DNA of 64,000 nt, taken from NCBI GenBank assembly GCA_028534125.1, contig CM052816.1, forward strand, positions 48,982,001-49,046,000, given 5' to 3'. The notes beneath the pieces are model-generated. The model had not been told where the DNA came from, ran no database searches, and saw nothing but the letters and a program-made list of their open reading frames with translations. The position numbers and the translations under genes are program-made. The DNA is from Lama glama (Eukaryota). Positions within the stretch are counted from its first letter, which is position 1. The number at the start of each line of letters is the position of its first letter. Positions 13,110-25,829 of the stretch are shown piece by piece.

Positions 13110-13260
13110 AGATGAGATTAAATTCTATCTCAGCCTTTGCTAGCTGGGTCTTTTTGGGCAACTTACTTAATACTTATGATTTGATTACTTCATCCACGAA
13201 TATTTGTATGGAGCAATAATATTTGTGTCTCTAGATGAGGATTAAATGATGCAGTTATCC
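13110..13260 (+). mobile_element. MIR SINE
   Basis: tgctagctgggtctttttgggcaacttacttaa...tgaggattaaatga. Confidence 0.65.
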
Positions 13261-13849
13261 TACTTCCTGGTTAGAGTAACAGAGGTTATTTTACTTTTCT
13301 TTTAAATAATTTATTCAATTCTGAACTAAAATTACTTCAGAAATATATATAGCTAAAATTTAAAAGCATTAAGAATTCTGTGACAGTTTTATTTATTGTA
13401 TTTCTGTCAGTTGTTCTTATAGTAGTTTCTTTGCATAGATATAAAGAGAGTGTAAAAATAATTTATCATATAAATGATAGTTGAAAAATTATAATTAGAT
13501 AGGAATCTGATACTATGTGCCAAGTTAAAAGAAATCACTTGCCATTCTTTGTTTGGTGAACCTCAGTCTTCAAAAACACCAAAAATTTACTACCCTCATG
13601 ACTAGTGAGTTCACTTACATTTGATTCCCACATATGCCTGTGTTTCCTGAGAAAATTTTTTATTCTGGTAATGTCCGTTTTATGAAGTATTTTTGAAAGT
13701 TTATAAGAGGAAGTCATTAACTTTGGTTGCTTGAGTTTGCTTGTAACAAACACTAAACAGAGCTTCTGACCTTGAGGGTATACTATAGTATTAGAGAGGA
13801 AATATGTATGTCAAATATATAATACCTAAATATTATAGAATTTATTGCC

Positions 13850-14080
13850 CACCTGGTTAAAGCTTTTTATTCTAAATGTTTTATAGAGAATATCACATTT
13901 AATGTTTTTAGTCTATGAAATAGTTAAGATTACTTTCACTCCGATGTTGCGTTTACATCCCATGATGTTATTAAGGCATAGAAAGTTTAAGTCATTTGCC
14001 CAAGGTCATACACTTTGACAGTAGCTGGGATTTGACCCCAGCTGCTGACTCCAACCCCTTGATCTTTCCCCCGTTCTATA
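13850..14080 (-). mobile_element. MIR SINE
   Basis: gaaagtttaagtcatttgcccaaggtcatacac...gctgggatttgaccccag. Confidence 0.75.
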
Positions 14081-14319
14081 TAGTTATTTCTGTTTCTCTA
14101 ATAATACACACTACAATGTGGTAAGTGGAAAATCACAAATGAGTATTTCTGATAGAGCTCTAAAATTTCATTGAATAGAGATGGTGCATCTATTGACTGG
14201 GTAAGATATAGCTGTACTGAGGTTTAATTTGAGGCAAAATTAGGATTACAGATAAATTGTCAGATCAATAACAATGCTATGAAATTACCCAGAAGAGAGT
14301 GGTGCTAAGTGACCCCACC

Positions 14320-14510
14320 ATTTATTCATTTATATATTTATTCATTTAACAAAGCATTAGTGAACATTTACCATGTACAAAGCAGTATATGGTTCTAGAG
14401 ATACAAAAATTATAAGGCCACCAGTCCTATTAAATTATTATGTAGAGAGAAAAAAACAGAATGAAGTATATATAAATCTACTAATTACACATCTAATAAG
14501 TGGCAGAGGC
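14320..14510 (-). mobile_element. L2 3' end
   Basis: tttattcatttaacaaagcattagtgaacatttaccatgtacaaagcagt. Confidence 0.65.
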
Positions 14511-14570
14511 TTTCTAATCTCAAATAGACCCTATGACTTATAAAAATAAGGTTTGGGTGATGAAGAGAAT

Positions 14571-14970
14571 GTTATTAGTAAGACATTACTAGCTTTCAGC
14601 CATCATATACTTTTCTTCCTGCACAAAAAAAAAGGCAGTCTTCCCAGTACCTTTGCAGTAAGATGGGGTAATAAAATTAATTCTTTCCTATGGGATGTAT
14701 GATCAGACTGATGCATATAACATTTGTTGCAGAGCACAGAATAATAGGTATGAACTGTTGATGTCCCTTCTCCACTGGCCATGTTTACAAGAGACTAAGG
14801 TTCAAATGGTAGAGGCTGTAAGACCAAAGGAGGCTTGATAGTAGTTGGAGGAAAGCCACCCAGGAGAGTTACAACTGACATTGCATGAGGATAAATTTAA
14901 CATATTAAATCACTGATATTTGGGAGTTGTCTTTTAACACAACATACTTTAGTGAAAGCAGACTAATGTA
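14571..14970 (+). mobile_element. MaLR solo LTR (MLT1H/I/J-like)
   Basis: ttcccagtacctttgcagtaag...ttaaatcactgatatttgggagttg...gactaatgta. Confidence 0.7.
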
Positions 14971-17900
14971 AATGATTATCCTTGTATTTTGGAAAATTAT
15001 GCCTGGTTAGAATAAGGTGTTGTAAAGAAGGCTGTTGAAATGATCACAAAGACCTAAGGGCCTTAGTCTTCATTTTGTAGTAATGGTTTGCATGTCTTTA
15101 AGAAAATCTTTTTGGCTCAAGTAGTCATTTCTAAAATTAGAAAATTTTATTAGATAGTTACATTCTCTTTCAGTTTTAATAGTTCATGACTATATAAGAT
15201 AAGATCTTTGAAAATTTTACAGTGGTAGGTGTATGAAAAATGTTTTTTAGAGAATGGACATGACCTTTTCTCTTCAAGTTAGTGAAGGGCATAAAAGAGA
15301 ATGATGTGACTTTGATAGCTATGTGCTTTGACAAAAGGAGGTAGATTATTTAATCTTGTATGTAGTGAACCTACTCGTTGGTTCAAATGCAACATTAATA
15401 TTTGATTTGAAGTGTAAATTCTTTTCCTTAAAGCTGTGAAGATTTTTTTCTTAACATAAATCAAGTATACTAAATTATGTGCTATTCAAGGTGTTTGGTA
15501 ATAGCTTACATTCACTTATTAAACATATGTATAATAGCTTATCATCATCTTTCAGATAAGCCTTTTTACAACTTGCTTTATAATTTACTTTATAATTTAT
15601 TAAGATAAATAGTTACATTCATTAAATTGTTTTACATTATGAATAAAATTCTATAGATGATACTATTTTATAAGTCACTCAAATATTTCACATACTTTAA
15701 TTTCACAAAATTCTGTTCTGTAACAACCACTATCTATTTCATAAGTATAATGGATACAATAAATGTGAAGTAAAATATTTTTCATAAATTAATTAGCCAG
15801 GTTCTCTTTCCTCCTTGAGAAAAGAGTCACATGTTTCTAGTTAGAGGAAAAGACACAATTTTCTCTCTTCCCTTTTCTCTACTTCAAAAAGATATGAGTG
15901 TAATGGTCATAGAGGCACAGAATTGCAGGGTTTGGGCCCAAGAAAGTAGACACAAAAAAGAAAAATCTTCAGGACTGTGCTCTCTTCCAGCTGCTGGCAG
16001 CAGTCACAACAACCTCATCTCCATTTACTCTTCTTTTGCATAAAATGTGTCCATTTTACATCTATAAAGAAATAAATATAGTGCATTTATTAGATGCTTT
16101 CCGTATTGTAAGATGTAATGGAAAGTGTCGTTAGGGATTTCCATATGTAGCCTTGAAGCAATTTAGCTTCTTTTCAAAGACACCAAGGTTAGCCAAAAAT
16201 TTTCCTGTCAGGTCTATAAATGAGTCCCTGCTGTTTGTAATATTTTTACAAAGACTTAAAATAGGAAAGGAAATATTTTGTTCATTACCTAGAGATGTCA
16301 ATAAATACTATTTCCAGATCGCTTATTTTTGTTTTACCATAAATGACAAATAGTAACAACTGCATTGCTGTGTTCTCACTATGAAATCTTTAAAGTTCAT
16401 ATTTAAAGATTTTCCCTCTGGCTCTTATACTTTAAAAAGTGCTACAAATGATAAATTCTCTTTCTGTGTCTCTCTTCATTGAAGCAGGTATGTGTCTTCA
16501 TTCATCTGAAGCTGAACTCTTGCAAATAATGGTGGTGGTGGTGGTGGGCTGTGTGTATGATGTGTATGTTTAGTGGAGGTGGAGATGCACCAATATCGCT
16601 AAATCACTTTTCTATGTTGTTTTCAGAAAACTAAGCAAGGGAAAAACCTGATACTCCACCCAGTTTATATTCCCAAACAGAAGTATACGCCCTAGAGAAG
16701 ACAGCAGTCATAACACCTGTCACTCTGCCTGGCCTCAGGAGAGCTGAGTGACAAGCCTTTCATAAACAAGCTTAGTAACAGATTAACACATGCCATACCA
16801 ATAAATGTTCTTTAGGTTGCAAACTAGTTTAAGCCACAAAGTATCTCCTCTCCTCTCTTAATTTAGAAAGCTTACTCACAAGAAACCCTGATAGAGTTTG
16901 AATAACATATTGCTGTTCGCCTAGAATATACGGATTTTTCAGTGTAATAACTTGAGGGACATACCTAAAGCCGCACATTATTTAAATAAATAAAGGCTTG
17001 AAGTGAAAGCTGAAGACTTCACTTTGTGCACCAAGTTTAAAGATTATTGTTAAGCATCTACTTGAGCAGCCATGTTTGTAACTTTACCATAGTTTCCAGG
17101 AAAGTTGTAAGAAAAGTTAAGTAAGCCATGTGTGAGAACACTTAATGAGATAGCTGTTTTATTTTTTAACATTTTCCTAGTAGTCTTTAGGTTCAGTTTC
17201 TGTATTTGAGGAATAGGAAATATGATGAAAAACTTTATATCCTCATGATGGATTTCAAAATGTTAAAACTATTATCCTGTGACCCTACCTTATCAAAGTT
17301 TAATTTAGTTTTAAATATATCAGATCTAAAGAAGAAAATTGATACTGCTTTTTTTCCCCCTTCAAGTTTGCAACATGTTCAATATAACCAAAATACATGT
17401 TTAAGATTAGTATAAACGTTCAAGAAAATTAGCTGAAATGCTGACTCTCAAATATTTTATAAATTGATTTAATCATAATCTAATTTCCTTATCTGTGAAT
17501 TGATGGATACTTCTGTATCTGATTGAGATGAATATCTATTTCAAGCAGAGAATTAATGAGGGTTGGAGAAAAGGAAGGAGGGGGGATAAGTTGATCAGTA
17601 TCTTAGTGTATTTCCTGTAGAAATCCAAAGTAGAAGTGGGCTGTGTACTGTATCTATGAAATAGAGGGAGGTCAAAGACTTCACATTATTATAGTCCTCA
17701 GGCCAGATAAGTATTTAAAAATGTTTTTCTTTTCCAGTTAATACAAAGTAACTTATTTTTGAAGAGAGCAAAATGTTGCTTCTTTGCCTTTTTTACCTCC
17801 CTTACCTTTGAGTGTACTAAATTTTCAGAAAGAGTGGCTAATAATATTGCCACATGGATCCCTTGTCTCCAAAACTTGGTAGTAGGAATGATGTATTTGG

Positions 17901-19344
17901 CCCCTCTAGCTGAAAAGGCACCTCTAGGCCTGAAACTGAAGGACAAAAAGAGAAGGCTCTCAGGGCTAAAGAGAGAGATACAGAAAGTACTTAAAGTACT
18001 GTTCAGAGAAGATTGCCAGAAGATAGTGAAAGGTAGAAAAGCAGGGGATTTAAAACTTCTGTTTGAAAATATTTAGCTTTGCAGAGTGGAAATATTCTTT
18101 TTCAGTCCTTTTTTCTATAGCACTTAGAACAGGACTGACCTGAGAACCAGAGAACATTAATAAATTTGGTTTATAATTTCACGTAGCTGTTGATTCACTC
18201 CTATAGTCTGAAATAAATTTCAAACTGAGAGAAATAGGTGATGCATATGTTCAGAATACTATTACATGACGTTGACTTTTAACATGTCCTCACTTTTGCA
18301 CGTAGCCTTTTTTGAGGAAAGAAATTTACACACATTATAGATTTTTCCCCCTTTTTTTAAAGCAAAAGTTATTTTCTAGTTTATGCCAAGAGGTAATTAT
18401 GCTTTTCATTGTTGGGAATAAATGTATTTGGTGATGGCCAAGAGCTTTCCAGATGATATAAAGAACCCTCATAAAAAAGATATTTATAATTACTTTATCC
18501 AAAAGACATGCTTATTTTTTTCTTCATTAATCCTTATTATGTGTTGTTTTTTTAATATTCTGGGTTCTCTCTCAGCATGCATAACTGACTGCAATTGCAA
18601 ATGAGAGATTAACGTTGTAGTGGCCCAAAAGAAATTTAAGCTTATTCTAGTGATGCGTAGACAGTTTGAGAAGCACATATTTATTCTTATGGGAAATAAA
18701 AAAATAGACTTAAAAATTAATGTAACCTCTTGATGGAGCTTGCTGGTTCAAAGGAAATAAGATTATATGTAAATATACATATATGTTTTAAGTTTTCTAA
18801 ATTTTTATATATCTAAATTGTTTTGAGATTTTGACAAAATGAAAGTATGAAATTGCTTTATTTTATAGGTTACTTATGATTTCAGTTTAATTTCAGTGAT
18901 TTGTAATGCCTTTTCTTGGCCCCAAACCTCTGATAATTAATATACTCTACCCTTACTTAGCTAGTAGAGTGGTTCACTAAAGTGTAGTTCTCAAAGTTGA
19001 AGAATGATACTGTACTGTGTAGATAGGAATGAGGAATATGCAATATAAAAAGTAAGACCCAGAGGTAATTTAGTTACATACATTTAGAGTCTTGCCAATG
19101 AAGCTAAACCTTCACTAAAAGCATTTCACTTTTCTATGATTCTTTGATAAAAGAGAAGGCAATGATTCATGCTTTTAAAATAAACAAAAGAAAAATAATA
19201 CAGATTGATTATTTGCAGGAAAAGACCCAAGAAATCTTTAAAATCTCATATTATTAAATCAGGTGTAATTTCATAAGAGTAGATGAACTTGGCACATTAT
19301 TATCTGGAATATTATTTTTGTTTGTTTGGATCTAGTTGTCTAAT

Positions 19345-19620
19345 ATACTGGTTTTCTTTTGCTATATGACAAATTACCACAGCTTAATGCTTCAGTATCT
19401 TAAAACAACATAAATTTATTATATTACACTTTCTGAATGGGGTACAGGTTAGCTGTTCCTCACCTTAGGGTTTTGCTAGACTAAGGTATTTGTAGCTGGG
19501 ACTGATATTCTCATCTGTCATTCAGGCTCCTCTCTCAGGAACATTGGTTGTTGGAACAAGATTCTTTTCCCCTCAACTTTTGGGTTAAAGTTTTGCTCTT
19601 CTCTGATGATCAAGCCCACC
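19345..19620 (-). mobile_element. MaLR LTR fragment (MLT1)
   Basis: gctatatgacaaattaccac...cttaaaacaacataaatttattat. Confidence 0.75.
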
Positions 19621-19929
19621 CTTATCCAGCAATGTAAATGAGCAGATCTGGGTTCGTCTTTGCTATATCCTCTCAGTAGAACACATGCTCTAATATTTCG
19701 GTCAGTCTGCTTTCCAATGTCCTCACTCCAAAACTTCTTTTCCTACTATCTCTTCACCTGCCCAGAAGGTGGGAAAAAAAATAACAAAAATGTCTATGTC
19801 TTTATTGTTTTAGTTCATTCTCTGAAATTTTACTTTCTTTGTTTCATCTTGCCACTTCATAGAACCTGAATTTTTTTCTCCTATTCAATAATTTTCCTAT
19901 TTTTTGTATTTGTTTCACAAGTCTGCATA

Positions 19930-20140
19930 TTAAAACATTTGTTATTTACCACAACTAATCTGCAAAGTAATAGTAGCTTAAACAAGATAGAAGTTTATTT
20001 ATTTTTTTCACAGAAGAAAAGTCTAGAGATTGGTTATGCACCACGGAGATTGTGGATCTCCGTAATTTTAGGACCCAGACTCCTTTTATCTTTCTCCTTT
20101 GTTATTCCTAGTGCTTGCCTCATTATGTTAAAGTCAAGGG
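19930..20140 (-). mobile_element. MaLR LTR fragment (MLT1J-like)
   Basis: agtagcttaaacaagatagaagtttattt...ggacccagactccttttatct. Confidence 0.65.
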
Positions 20141-21385
20141 AATAAACACAGACTCCAAGCGAATTCCTAGCATAATTACATAGTAAATCCTCAACAACTC
20201 ATTTTTGTGAATGAATGACCACGAGTTAATGAACAGAAAGATGAAAAAAGTTAACAGTTTTCTTCAAGTATGTAACCAAATATTAGTTTCAGGTGGTGTT
20301 GTTACTGGCAGGTATCTGATTTAAAAAGTTAGTCTTAGTATATTAATAAATATATTTAAAGTGTAAAGCTTTGCAGACTGAAAAAGAAAATATTAGTCTT
20401 TTTTGTTCCATTTGTAGTTATAGCTCCAAAGTGATGATCATTCTTTTAATCTGCATTTTCTTTCAAGATTCTGATGAATATGTCAGTATCAGATACAGGT
20501 AGTCTCACTGAAAGTAGATGAATATTCACCTCATTATGCATGCCTTATTTTTAGCTATTATTTTTCATGGTCCTAATTTATACTAACCACCAGTATTCAT
20601 GATGCCAGTGGTATATATGTAAGTAAAATAGTCGTAGCAGACAATGATTTTTAAATTGTTCTTTTATTTTCTAGATTGAATTTTACATTACTGCCTTACA
20701 TTCTATAGGGCAAAGAATAATTTTGGTTGTTGAAAGGTTTATAGATTAATATAATCATTTCAAGGAAAAAACACCTTGAAATCAGATATATTTATGTCAA
20801 CATAAACGTATATATATTTGTACAAGTGGTGACCTTTTGATTTTTCAAGATATTGTGTTCTATTTCATCTTGAATTGCATATTAGCAAAATGAGAAAAAA
20901 TCAGGCTAAACGTTTTGCATTTTGAATGGTAATACCATTTAGAAAATATTTGTAGGAAAGATTTTAAAAATCATACATTCTTTCTAGAAATTTTTTAAGT
21001 TCTGTAGGGTAACAGTAAACATGACAGTGAGGTTTGTTTTGTTACTCCAAATATTTCTGAATATTTAGTATTTTACTGCATCTCATACGTCTTGAGAATC
21101 TGTGCTTGAAATGCCTGTGTTTGAGTTTTGTCTGTCTTCCTTTCTTATCTGAGAATCAGATAAAGTAATGAGGGAAAACAAAGATGAGAGAAAAGACATT
21201 ATAAGATGTACGGTTTGACAAAAATAGTTTCTTTTTCCATGAAAAACCAAGAGTGCACATAATATGTTTACCTTCTTTATCTGTTTGTTGCTTTGCAACC
21301 TTCTTGGAAGCCTCCTGCGTGTGATGTGAAACTGGCCTTGTAGAGGTGGAGGGCAGGGAAGGACTGAAGAAGGAAGACTGCTATA

Positions 21386-21719
21386 TATTGGTAGGTGGCA
21401 GGTTTAAAAAACAAGAGAACTTACTTAAGTGGCTTCTCTTGGACAACCGCAAGACTAGTAGATTTCCACAACTATCTGCAAAATTTTAAAAGATTATATA
21501 GAGGACTTAACTGATTTCAGTCATGTACACAGTCCAGATGGTCTCAGTACCACATTGCTATCTCAAGGCTGTATCCTAGGACAGCTTTTATCAAGGGGAA
21601 GGCAAGTAAAGTGCATATTCCAAGGACAAGGAGGGGATGAGAAGCTTCCAGTTGCCTGGATCCAGCTCTCTCTCAGGTCAAACTGATGGTCTCTGTTTTC
21701 TTGATGATTTCCTCCAACA
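21386..21719 (-). mobile_element. Probable ERV solo LTR of about 334 bp, family unassigned
   Basis: GC-richer island bounded by tattgg...ccaaca (decayed TGTTGG/CCAACA inverted termini), with a minus-strand TATA-like ctatataa near 21500. No clean TSD. Confidence 0.6.
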
Positions 21720-24414
21720 CCTTTCTATGAAAACTTTCTTAGCTTCATAAAAGATTTGCATAATTGAAAACATTTCTTTATTCCAACAGTAGAAGAACTC
21801 AATTTACTAAAAATGAGATATTCCTTTACTAATAAATACATTTTCTTTAATTGCTTTCTTCCAGTACATCAAGAACTATAAGGTATACAAGAACTCAGCA
21901 GTTGTAAGTGTAGTGCATGACTAGTAAGTGGGTACAATTTTAGAGAAATTTTGATAAGTTGACATTTGAGGGAAATTTTTTTGTCATTACAGAACCTAAA
22001 TATTACATATGTTAAACAAATTTTTAAAAAGAAAACATTTAAATTTCCAAAATTATATAATATACACTTAAAGGTAGAAATTACTTTTGTTTTAGAACAC
22101 ACTTTTAGGCATATGCTGTAAAATTAAATATTGTCCCAAATGTATAGAAAGCTAAAATACCACATAAAAAGTTAAGTCTTAAGAAAATATCAGTTTTTAA
22201 AGAGAAAATTCTTGGAAAAAGCACTTTAAAGTGCTAAAAAGTAATTGAAATCACAATAGCTACATACTAAGGATGACATGAGAAACTTGTGTTTATGTCA
22301 CATAAAGCCCTCATAGGGCAATATTTTCTGCAATCTGCTTTGTATTCTCTAGCTGCCAGAATTTTAACAGCCAGTTGCTTCTAATTGAAAGATGTTCTTA
22401 CCTTTCCATTCTAGCCTATGAGTTAGTTTATTATGAATCTATCCAGAGCTGTCCTATTCATAGTCCCTTATATTCAAAACTTTGACTTGTGATTTGAATT
22501 AGAATCTGAAATGGGAAAGGTTTCTACACAAATTCAGTGCCTGAATGCAGTAGGAAAGGCTTGGTCAAGCCTTAGAACTTGCACTTTCAAAACAGTCATC
22601 AGAATTCCAATTATTTGATCCAGTAAACAGCAAGTAGAGACAGGAAAATTATTCATATGAGAAGCAAGTCTGATGAAAGTCAGTTTGCAGAATATAACAA
22701 TAAAAATATGCAATGGACCTTTATACAAGATCATTGATAGATTAATACAGTCTGTAGTTCATACAATTATGAATTTTTCCACATTCAGAAATCACTTTGA
22801 TGACAGAACAAATCAAGCCTTTTGAAAGTTTGTATTCTCTTCTTTGGTTTTACGACTCTTCTCATCCACCTAGCTATTTTCATTTTCCATCATGTACTCT
22901 TCTATATGGTTACATTTCTGAATGTTTCATTGAGTTGTCACTTCCTTAGTTCTCCTGCCATCTTGTGACAGCCCGTTTATCACATATGCTTATGTGCACC
23001 ACCGTACACTTTATTTACAGCACAAAGCATACACAAATCTCTTAATGAATAATTTTAAAGGAAATTAATGTTTTTTTAGAACAATAAAAGTTTCCTCAGA
23101 AGCCAGTTTTTATTAGGAGATATCCCTCGGGTCTTTAATGGTTTTTACTTCCCAACCAAATACATCTTCATTTCTCTCTCTTAAGTTCAAGTGTTTCCTG
23201 TTGCATAAGATATGATTTGATGATTATTTAGGTATTTTTCCATGACTAGCATATGCATTAATTTGGTTGCAGGGTAATTTATTGACATGTAATTTTGTGT
23301 TTTTTCTTCATTAATATTCATTCTCTCACTCCTTCCAGGAATGCAGTGTAGAAGAAACAATGTGTGTATGTATAGAAAATTATTAGAGGAAACTTTAGTA
23401 TTAGTTTATTGTAAACAGCTGCTGAGATGCAAGCAGTCTCAAGTGTTCTCACTTCCCAACCCCCTGCAAGAGGTATTATGGAATATAATATAATATAAGA
23501 ACAAAGAAAGAAAGAGAAATAGGAAAAAAATACTACTCACTTAACAAAACTAGTTATCAACAACGAGCCAAACTTAGCAGCTGTATTCCATGAAATTTAG
23601 GATTTGCTATGGTAAAACAATTCAGTATTTCAGAGTGCTTATCTTTGTGCTGAAAATGGGGAAGCCTAGAGTAAGAATCTGCAACTTAGGGTAAAGGAGT
23701 GGGCATAGTTATTCCACTTAATCATACTGAGAACCTTTGCTCCAGCCAGACAAGTTGGTTAACAGGGATCTTTATTTAGCTCATTTGGTTGTAAATATTC
23801 CTTGTCTGTCTTTTACTATAAAGAATAAAGTGTTTAAAGTGTTTAAAACCCAGTGCCATAACTAAAGGAGTTTCATGATACCATTTCTTCTTTTTTTTTT
23901 GAAATAACTTGTCAATCCCAAATTTTAATCAAAGTGGGTTATTTTCTCAAAATGAGACCTATATTCAGCAATTGCTAAGTCTTTCCTCATCATCACAGGT
24001 TAGGGGTAGATTGATATCAATCATACATGAGACTAAAAACAGTTGAAAGACGAATATGAAATAGACTCTCCTACATGCAAGAGGACACAATTGATTGAAG
24101 AAGAAAGCAGAATTCCAAGGTAATATTACAGAAAACACGAGCACTGGAGAAATTTTTCAGAGAGCATTGTTTAAAGAGCAGGTCAGCAGAAGTGCTGTAT
24201 ATTCTTCCAAGAGAGTAGCGTACCGCCCCTAAGAAGTGTATTTGTATTTACCTACCCATCCTTTAAGAAGCCATCGCACCGTGAGGTGAGTTCTATGAGA
24301 GATACTGACTTGAGCATTTCAACCTCTTTACACCTCTTCAAGTAACATCCAAATAAGCAGTCAATTTTTATGCTGATGCCTAGATTTTCTGGGGTATCTG
24401 CATGTCTGAATTTC

Positions 24415-24885
24415 ATGGTGGTCTTTACCTTTTGTAGGACCTAAAGCAAGAGTACAAATGGAAGTCCATGTATTATAATCGTAAGTATTTAAAATTCATA
24501 AATCAAGTTAAAAAACATTAATATATCTTATCTCCCCCTTTGAAAAGGTATAATTCCATAAAGGCTTAGAAATCCAGATCCCAACTTGAAATACTAAGAC
24601 TTTTGGGATTCCACAACAGACAGCAAGGAGTACCTATACTCCTTCTCTTATCACTCCTGACTCTATTCTGTTCCTGCTACAGGCACATCAGTCTACTCAG
24701 GATTATCCCTGTTTCAGCAAGGAATGCTGGATTCCCATATATCTGGAGCATGATGTTCAAGAGACATACTACAGGTCTCTCATTAAATCTATAGAGACGT
24801 GTTTGATGAAAGGCCAAGGTAAGGCCTTTAAAGTGTGGGGCCCAGGACGGGGGCCCCTCTTCCTGAGTGTATCAGTATTATTGAA
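24415..24885. mobile_element. Possible hAT-Tip100-type non-autonomous DNA transposon remnant
   Basis: gtggggcccagg...gggcccctcttcctgagtgtatcagtattattg near the right end and a related tgtaggacctaaagcaagagtacaaatggaag near the left end. Family recalled, not verified. Confidence 0.4.
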
Positions 24886-25829
24886 CATGAAATGATTCTC
24901 TGCTAGAGATGATGAAGATATGACTTAACTGGAGAAAGAGCACTATTTGGTTTACATTCTAAAAAAGATGATGAGAACAGAGTATTTGTAAAGCTAGAAT
25001 GAAAAGAAAGGGAGATAAAGTGAGATTACAACATACCATACCAAAATAAGATAACTAACTTCTAAATTAAAGGTTGTAACAGAAGCACTGAATAGCATAT
25101 TGTTATGGATGAAACATAATTAGTTCAGTACAGAACATTTGAGAAATAATCCCAGAATTTTAGGAAACATAACAAAGATGAATGGAAATGAGGGACATGG
25201 GGAACTAAGAGATGCTTGAGAATATTAAATATGTATACTTACGAAAAGTTATGTGGCATTATCCACAAAATAAACATTTTACCTATTGTAGAACACTGGG
25301 TGAATGCAGGCAATAAAATCATTATTTCTTTGAACAAAGTTTTATTTTATTTAAATATAATTATATCTACTTCACAAATTCTCAATCATCATGCAAGCAA
25401 TGATGTTAGAAGAACAGCTAGGGAAGGATCAGAATGATGCCTTGAGAAGTATTTCACAGGATACAGAGGATATTGCTAGTCATTTTTTCATGCTCTGTCC
25501 ACCACACAGCCACATCATCTTCTTGAAACACACTGGACATTGAAATTAGATTGTTTTTTAAAAGTTAGACAGTTATATAAGTATAAGAAAAATCTACCCA
25601 GCACATGAAATCAACCTTTTATAAACTATTCATTTTTTTCCACAGAATAGCTTCCTCTCTTTTTTATTTAATGGAGACCACTACCCATGACCTTTTTTAA
25701 TGTGTGCTCAGGGAATACAATTTTTTTGATATTTGCTAAAATAAATATAGTTCAGTTTGCAAGTCACAGCAAAAAATTTCGTTTTGTCAAACTGAAACTG
25801 TATTTTTTGGCTCTTCTATGCTGTTTGTA

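Noticed and set aside
17759..18076. 105-aa plus-strand ORF
   Set aside because: TTG start, no homology I recognise and no plus-strand exon boundaries.
24043..24119. Exon-like frame LKDEYEIDSPTCKRTQLIEEESRIPR with AG/GT ends
   Set aside because: The acceptor is preceded by purines (actaaaaacag) and the peptide is unrecognised.
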